From the NCBI GenBank assembly GCA_028279805.1, contig JANQMZ010000007.1, positions 630,001 to 662,000 on the forward strand: a DNA stretch of 32,000 nucleotides, written 5' to 3'. The position numbers and the translations under genes were made by a program. The DNA comes from an archaeon. GTDB taxonomy: Archaea; Iainarchaeota; Iainarchaeia; Iainarchaeales; JANQMZ01. Positions 27,340 through 32,000 of this stretch are shown here, one piece after another; position 1 is the first letter of the stretch; the number at the start of each line of letters is the position of its first letter. The notes beneath the pieces are model-generated. The model saw only the letters and a program-made list of their open reading frames with translations. It was not told the DNA's origin and did not search any database.

Positions 27340-27976
27340 TTAAGTCCAGCCTTTTTATTTTAATTTTGTCTCCAAGGTACAACATTAAGGCCCGGCCATC
27401 TTTTACTGCTCCGATGTTTATGCTTAAAGTTTTTCCTATTTTTTCTTCACCATATGCTTCATGAATGTGCCCGCATAAATGAATTTCAGGCTGCCTGTCT
27501 TTAATTATTTTTTTAACGCTTTCACTCCCCCCATGTTCCCCGTTAAACAAATGGTCAAGTTTTGTATTTTTCGGAGGCATATGCGTTACCAGAATAAGGC
27601 TTTCTCCGGATGCATTTTTTTTAAGTGAATTCATTATTTGTTCTTCTGTTACCAAAACTTTTCCCGGGCGGGTCATTAGTGAGCCCCCAAATCCTGCAAA
27701 AGTCCATTTTCCTTGTTTTATTTTTTTATCATGCAGGTTTTGATTGTTTTCTTCCAGAACATCTATAACCATTGGCGTATCCAGGTTTCCGGGAATTGCT
27801 AAAATTTTGTACAGGCTTAAAATGTTCAAAACTTTTTCAGTGTCATTTTCATCCCCAAAATTTGTCAAATCTCCTGCGATTACCACAAGGTCAATCAATT
27901 CTTCTTCTGCTTTTTCAACCAGTTTTTTCAGGTTATCAAGACTTGAATGAATGTCGCTTAACACCAAAATGTTCAT
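27329..27976 (-). CDS. Calcineurin-like metallophosphoesterase (YfcE-like, not Mre11)
   Basis: LVLSDIHSSLDNL, VVIAGDLTNFGD, IPGNLDTP, LVTHMPP, LCGHIHEAYG, NIGAVKDG. Confidence 0.92.
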   Translation of the reverse strand: MNILVLSDIHSSLDNLKKLVEKAEEELIDLVVIAGDLTNFGDENDTEKVLNILSLYKILAIPGNLDTPMVIDVLEENNQNLHDKKIKQGKWTFAGFGGSLMTRPGKVLVTEEQIMNSLKKNASGESLILVTHMPPKNTKLDHLFNGEHGGSESVKKIIKDRQPEIHLCGHIHEAYGEEKIGKTLSINIGAVKDGRALMLYLGDKIKIKRLDLNGN

Positions 27977-28050
27977 TTTAACCCTTCTTTTCGGCTTTTT
28001 AAAGCGGAAAACCTTTTAATCTGCTCTCTTCAGAATATTGATAGATTATA

Positions 28051-28830
28051 ATGTTAAAAAAGCTTGTTTTGGCATTTTTGCTTGTTTTTCTTTTTCTGAA
28101 TGTTTCCGGGGACATATCAGTTTTATCTCCTGTTGAAAAAGTTGCTGAAAACAATTCGGTTTTAACAATCGGGGAAATGCAGCCAGGTGAAACTCTTGAA
28201 CTTCTTATAGACAGGGATGCCGGAAACTTTGAATGGAATTCTTTAACTGTTGAAAACGAGTCTTCTTTTCCGCAGCTCGATTTTTCTGTTGAAAAAACTT
28301 TTCAGACAATTTCTCTTTTTATAACCGTTCCTAAAACTTTTTCACAGGATGTTTTTAATTTTAAAATAGTTTTGTTGTCGGAACCTTTTGAGGAAAGCTT
28401 TAATGCCCGCCTGTCTGTTAAGGAAAATCTTTTATCATCTTCCTTGCTTGAAAAAAGCACTTCATCTGTCATTGGCCAAAAAACAAAGTATGATTTAAGA
28501 ATCGTAAATTCAAGTTCGGCTTCTCATAAAATAAGAGTTTCAAGTTCTTTGCCGGTTTACTGGTTTGAACCTTTTGAAACCGAACTGAAAGGAAAAGAGG
28601 AAAAATCTTTTGAACTGGAAGTTGTTCCGGTTGTTCATGGTTTAAGAGCTTTTGATTTTTTTGTTGACTCCCAAACAATTAATGAAAGAATGGCTGTTCT
28701 GAATGCTGATGTTAAAGTTTATCCAACGTTAAGGGGAAAACTTATCACCGCTTTTAACGGTTTTCCTATTTTTTCACCTTCATTGCTCCCTCATTACCTG
28801 ATTAATTCTTTTATAACTTATTTAACTTAG
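28051..28830 (+). CDS. Secreted/cell-envelope hypothetical protein with beta-rich domains
   Basis: Signal peptide MLKKLVLAFLLVFLFLNVSG, then repeated beta-rich E/S/F segments. Immediately precedes elp3. Confidence 0.72.
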   Translation: MLKKLVLAFLLVFLFLNVSGDISVLSPVEKVAENNSVLTIGEMQPGETLELLIDRDAGNFEWNSLTVENESSFPQLDFSVEKTFQTISLFITVPKTFSQDVFNFKIVLLSEPFEESFNARLSVKENLLSSSLLEKSTSSVIGQKTKYDLRIVNSSSASHKIRVSSSLPVYWFEPFETELKGKEEKSFELEVVPVVHGLRAFDFFVDSQTINERMAVLNADVKVYPTLRGKLITAFNGFPIFSPSLLPHYLINSFITYLT

Positions 28831-28839
28831 GTGTTTTTT

Positions 28840-30420
28840 TTGTCTGATTTGAAAAAATATTCAAATGCTTTGGTACAAATGGTTGAATCAGGCAAAATTA
28901 AAACAAAAAAACAGTTAAATTCCAAAAAAGTTTCTCTGGCAAAACAATTTGAATTAAAACAAGTGCCGACCAATCCTGATATTTTAAAATTTTCAAAAAA
29001 ATCAAACAAAACCTTGAAACAATTATTTTCAGTTAAGCCGACAAGGTCTCTTTCAGGTGTTAATGTTGTTGCTGTTATGACAACTCCTCACGTGTGCCCC
29101 GGGAAATGCGTTTATTGTCCTGTAAGCCTTGTGGATTCTCCCACTCCCCGCAGTTATACCGGGTTGGAACCCAGCACTATGAGGGCTATAAGGAACAATT
29201 TTGATGCTTATAAGATTGTCAGGGACCGAATAGGGCAGTTTGAGAGAACCGGACACAATGCTCAAAAAATAGAACTTGTTATAATGGGCGGAACTTTTTA
29301 TTCACAGCCAAAAAAATTCCGAGAAAACTTTATTCTGGATGCAATAAACGGCATTACCCAAAAAAATTCTAAAACAATGAACGATGCCCGAATTGCTGCT
29401 GAAAATTCTGAAAAAAGAATGGTTGGACTGACTTTTGAAACAAGGCCGGATTATTGTGATAATGAAATTGTTAATGAAATGCTTTATTACGGCGGAACCA
29501 GATGTGAGTTAGGTGTGCAGATTCTGGATGATAAGGTTAATGATTTTACCAAAAGATTTCATTATATTAAAGATGTTGCTGATTCAACTGCTGCATTAAA
29601 AAATGCCGGTTTTAAAGTTTGTTATCATATTATGCCTGGATTGCCCGGCTCTTCAAAAGAAAATGATTTAAAAAAATTTGAAAAACTTTTTTCCGATTCA
29701 AGATTCAGGCCTGACATGCTTAAAATTTATCCATGTCTTGTTGTAAAAGGAACTCCTTTATATCATCAGTGGGAAAAAGGAGAATTTACTCCCATAACTT
29801 CTGATGAAGCGGCTGACATTATTGCAGAATTCAATCAGGTTATTCCTCCTTATGTACGAGTAATGCGTGTTCAAAGGGATATTCCTGCAACTTTAATTGA
29901 ATCCGGTGTTCAGAAAAGCAATTTGAGGCAAATGGTTGAACAAAAAATGAAAGAAAAAAAAATAAAATCAAAGGACATCAGGACAAGAGAAGTCGGATTA
30001 AAATCTTACAGGGAACAAACAAGCCCTGATTTTGGCAACATAAAACTTTCAACATTAAAATATGATGCAAGCAACGGAAAAGAGTTTTTTATTTCACTGG
30101 AAGACAAAAAAACCGATACCTTGTTCGGTTTTTGCAGGTTAAGAATTTTGCCTCAAAATGTTAAAACGTTTGGTTCTTTTGATTCCATTATTCGTGAATT
30201 AAGAATTTTTGGAGAATCCCTGTCCATAGGCTCAAGAAATGAAAAAGCCTCACAGCACAAGGGAATGGGCGTTAAACTGGTAAAAGAAGCGGAAAAAATA
30301 GCAAAAGAAGACTTTGATTCAAAGGAGATTGCGGTTATTGCCGGCTTGGGTGTTAAAGAGTATTACAGAAAATTTTTTAATTTTGAAAACTCGGGTTTTT
30401 TGATGTCAAAAAGGATTTAA
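28840..30420 (+). CDS. elp3: ELP3 family tRNA uridine(34) acetyltransferase (radical SAM + GNAT)
   Basis: HVCPGKCVYCP, SYTGLEPSTMRAIRNNFD, ELVIMGGTFY, FETRPDYCD, RCELGVQ and a C-terminal GNAT KGMGVKLVKEAEKIA. TTG start at 28840. Confidence 0.96.
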   Translation: MSDLKKYSNALVQMVESGKIKTKKQLNSKKVSLAKQFELKQVPTNPDILKFSKKSNKTLKQLFSVKPTRSLSGVNVVAVMTTPHVCPGKCVYCPVSLVDSPTPRSYTGLEPSTMRAIRNNFDAYKIVRDRIGQFERTGHNAQKIELVIMGGTFYSQPKKFRENFILDAINGITQKNSKTMNDARIAAENSEKRMVGLTFETRPDYCDNEIVNEMLYYGGTRCELGVQILDDKVNDFTKRFHYIKDVADSTAALKNAGFKVCYHIMPGLPGSSKENDLKKFEKLFSDSRFRPDMLKIYPCLVVKGTPLYHQWEKGEFTPITSDEAADIIAEFNQVIPPYVRVMRVQRDIPATLIESGVQKSNLRQMVEQKMKEKKIKSKDIRTREVGLKSYREQTSPDFGNIKLSTLKYDASNGKEFFISLEDKKTDTLFGFCRLRILPQNVKTFGSFDSIIRELRIFGESLSIGSRNEKASQHKGMGVKLVKEAEKIAKEDFDSKEIAVIAGLGVKEYYRKFFNFENSGFLMSKRI

Positions 30421-30446
30421 TATTTTTCAACCTGTTTTTTTGCACA

Positions 30447-30803
30447 ATGTTTGAAATTTTTATAGCCATTATTGTACTTTTAATAATAATAATTTTTTTT
30501 CTTTTTTTAAATTTTCAGAAAACAAAAAAAGAACTTTCTGATTTAAAATTTTTAAAATCCTCCCAGTCTGTCAAATATGGAAAAATAACTGAACAATGGA
30601 TGCCTTTTTTGGAGTCTTTTCCTTATGATCCGGGAAATTTCAGGTTTTTGGGTTCTCCTATTGACGGAGTTGCTTTTAATGAAGATAAAATTATTTTTTT
30701 GGAATTCAAATTTTCAGGTTCACAGCTTAACAAAAAGCAAAAAAAAGTTAAAGAATTAGTTAAAGACAAAAAAGTTGAATGGAAGGAAATCAGAATCAAT
30801 TAA
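30447..30803 (+). CDS. Membrane-anchored predicted endonuclease, Hjc-related (COG4741-like)
   Basis: N-terminal TM (FIAIIVLLIIIIFFLFLNF), then FLGSPIDGVAFNEDKIIFLEFKFSGSQLNKKQKKV (D...ExK nuclease core). Confidence 0.82.
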   Translation: MFEIFIAIIVLLIIIIFFLFLNFQKTKKELSDLKFLKSSQSVKYGKITEQWMPFLESFPYDPGNFRFLGSPIDGVAFNEDKIIFLEFKFSGSQLNKKQKKVKELVKDKKVEWKEIRIN

Positions 30804-32000
30804 CATTCATATGTTCTGTCTTTTTTTCCTTTTTTTAAATTATTAACTGCAAGTTTGATAAGTTTTTGTCCTCCTGGTGTAGGATATTCTCCTGTCAGGC
30901 AGGCAGTACATAATTCTTTTTTTGGTTTTCCTATTGCTTTAACCAGATCTTCAACTGTCTGGTAAATTAATGAATCTGCTTTCAGATATTTTCTTATTTT
31001 TTCAATTAGTTTTGGGTTGCGCTCTTTTAATGCTTTTACCATTTCATCCGGTTTTCTGTAACGGTTTGCAACAAGTTCATTTAATGTACTCATGTCTATT
31101 CCGTAAAAGCACGGATACATTATGGGCGGACAGCAAACTCTTAAGTGAACTTCTTTTGCTCCTCCGCTTTTAATATGTTCAACAAGCATTTTTGAAGTTG
31201 TTCCCCTTACAACACTGTCATCCACTAAAAACACTTTTTTGCCTTTCAAAACGCTTTTATTTAAAATAAACTTGTTTTTTACTTTTGCTGCTCTTTCGCT
31301 TGGTTCAATAAATGTTCTTCCCACAGACCTGTTTCTTATCAGCCCTTCCATTGAAGGCAAACCCAATTCCAATGCAAATGCGTCTGCTGCCGGTTTTGCA
31401 GTGTCCGGTGCGGGCACAACAATATATTCATCTGAATTAACTTTTTCTGTTTCTCTTTTTGCAAGATTTTTGCCCAGATTCCATCTTACTTTGTAAACTT
31501 CTTCTCCGTCAATTTTTGATGAAACGTTTGCAAAATAAACCCATTCAAACATGCAGTGTGCTGTTTTTTTGTTTTTTGCATATCTTTTTTTTTCAAATCC
31601 TGACCCGTTGAATAAAATCATTTCTCCCGGCTTAACATCTTTCATTTTTTCCACTCCGACGCTTGCCAGTGCCACTGATTCGCTTGCAGCCATTGCCGCA
31701 TGCCCGTTTTTTCCAAAAATAAGAGGGCGGAATCCGATTGGATCCCGGGATATTGCAACCTGCCCATCCGCATTAATAAAATTAATATTGTATGCTCCGT
31801 CCAATTCTCTTGAAAGAGAATTAAAAACATCTTTTAATGATTTTTTTTTGTCTCCAACAAATTCTTTTGAAATGTAATGCATTAATAATTCCGTGTCAGT
31901 TTGCCTCACCAGATGATATTGTTTTTTTTTAAGCCTTGTTTTTAAATCAGAATAATTTGCTATATTCCCGTTTAATCCGAAGGAAAACCATTTCCATTTT
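30800..32000 (-). CDS. purF: Amidophosphoribosyltransferase PurF, N-terminus beyond window end
   Basis: VFLVDDSVVRGTTSKMLVEHIKSGGAKEVHLRVCCPP. Frame stays open upstream of 31909: SFGLNGNIANYSDLKTRLKKKQYHLVRQTDTELL, the glutaminase-domain NGN region. Confidence 0.94.
   Translation of the reverse strand, partial: KWKWFSFGLNGNIANYSDLKTRLKKKQYHLVRQTDTELLMHYISKEFVGDKKKSLKDVFNSLSRELDGAYNINFINADGQVAISRDPIGFRPLIFGKNGHAAMAASESVALASVGVEKMKDVKPGEMILFNGSGFEKKRYAKNKKTAHCMFEWVYFANVSSKIDGEEVYKVRWNLGKNLAKRETEKVNSDEYIVVPAPDTAKPAADAFALELGLPSMEGLIRNRSVGRTFIEPSERAAKVKNKFILNKSVLKGKKVFLVDDSVVRGTTSKMLVEHIKSGGAKEVHLRVCCPPIMYPCFYGIDMSTLNELVANRYRKPDEMVKALKERNPKLIEKIRKYLKADSLIYQTVEDLVKAIGKPKKELCTACLTGEYPTPGGQKLIKLAVNNLKKGKKDRTYEC

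Noticed and set aside
27329-27976. Metallophosphoesterase as a possible Mre11 partner for Rad50
   Set aside because: About 215 aa with YfcE-like motif spacing, no extended Mre11 capping domain, and coupled to taw3, not rad50.
1-32000. CRISPR arrays, transposases or terminal inverted repeats of mobile elements
   Set aside because: No regularly spaced direct repeats or transposase/integrase motifs seen on reading. The poly-T/poly-A runs reflect AT-rich composition.

Overview
This is a gene-dense, AT-rich archaeal chromosome segment, probably from a small-genome (DPANN-like) lineage. The lineage is inferred from gene content, not measured. Core genes recognisable in the translations are aIF6, L20a/LX, prefoldin alpha, FtsY, alanine dehydrogenase, SRP54, prepilin peptidase, RNase P Rpp21, thymidylate kinase, DnaG, Hjc, a circularly permuted GTPase, Pth2, NurA, HerA, RpoK, S17e, Rad50, aEF1B, CCA-adding enzyme, a type II/IV secretion ATPase, ThpR, Taw3, ELP3 and PurF (cut by the window end). 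There are four tRNA genes: Gly-UCC, Gly-GCC, Val-UAC and Arg-UCG. I found no CRISPR array, transposase or classical defence island. The most interesting items are: (1) two homologous small Arg-rich proteins that flank msrA-msrB and share a near-identical leaderless promoter; (2) a lipoprotein with about 38 cysteines in a ~25-residue alternating-Cys repeat; (3) recurrent TTG starts preceded by GGTG Shine-Dalgarno motifs whose internal GTG is in frame 9 nt upstream, which mis-sets called starts; (4) two small coding genes absent from the ORF track; (5) a coupled two-gene coiled-coil/membrane module; (6) a HerA-NurA plus short Rad50 neighbourhood with no Mre11 in the window.
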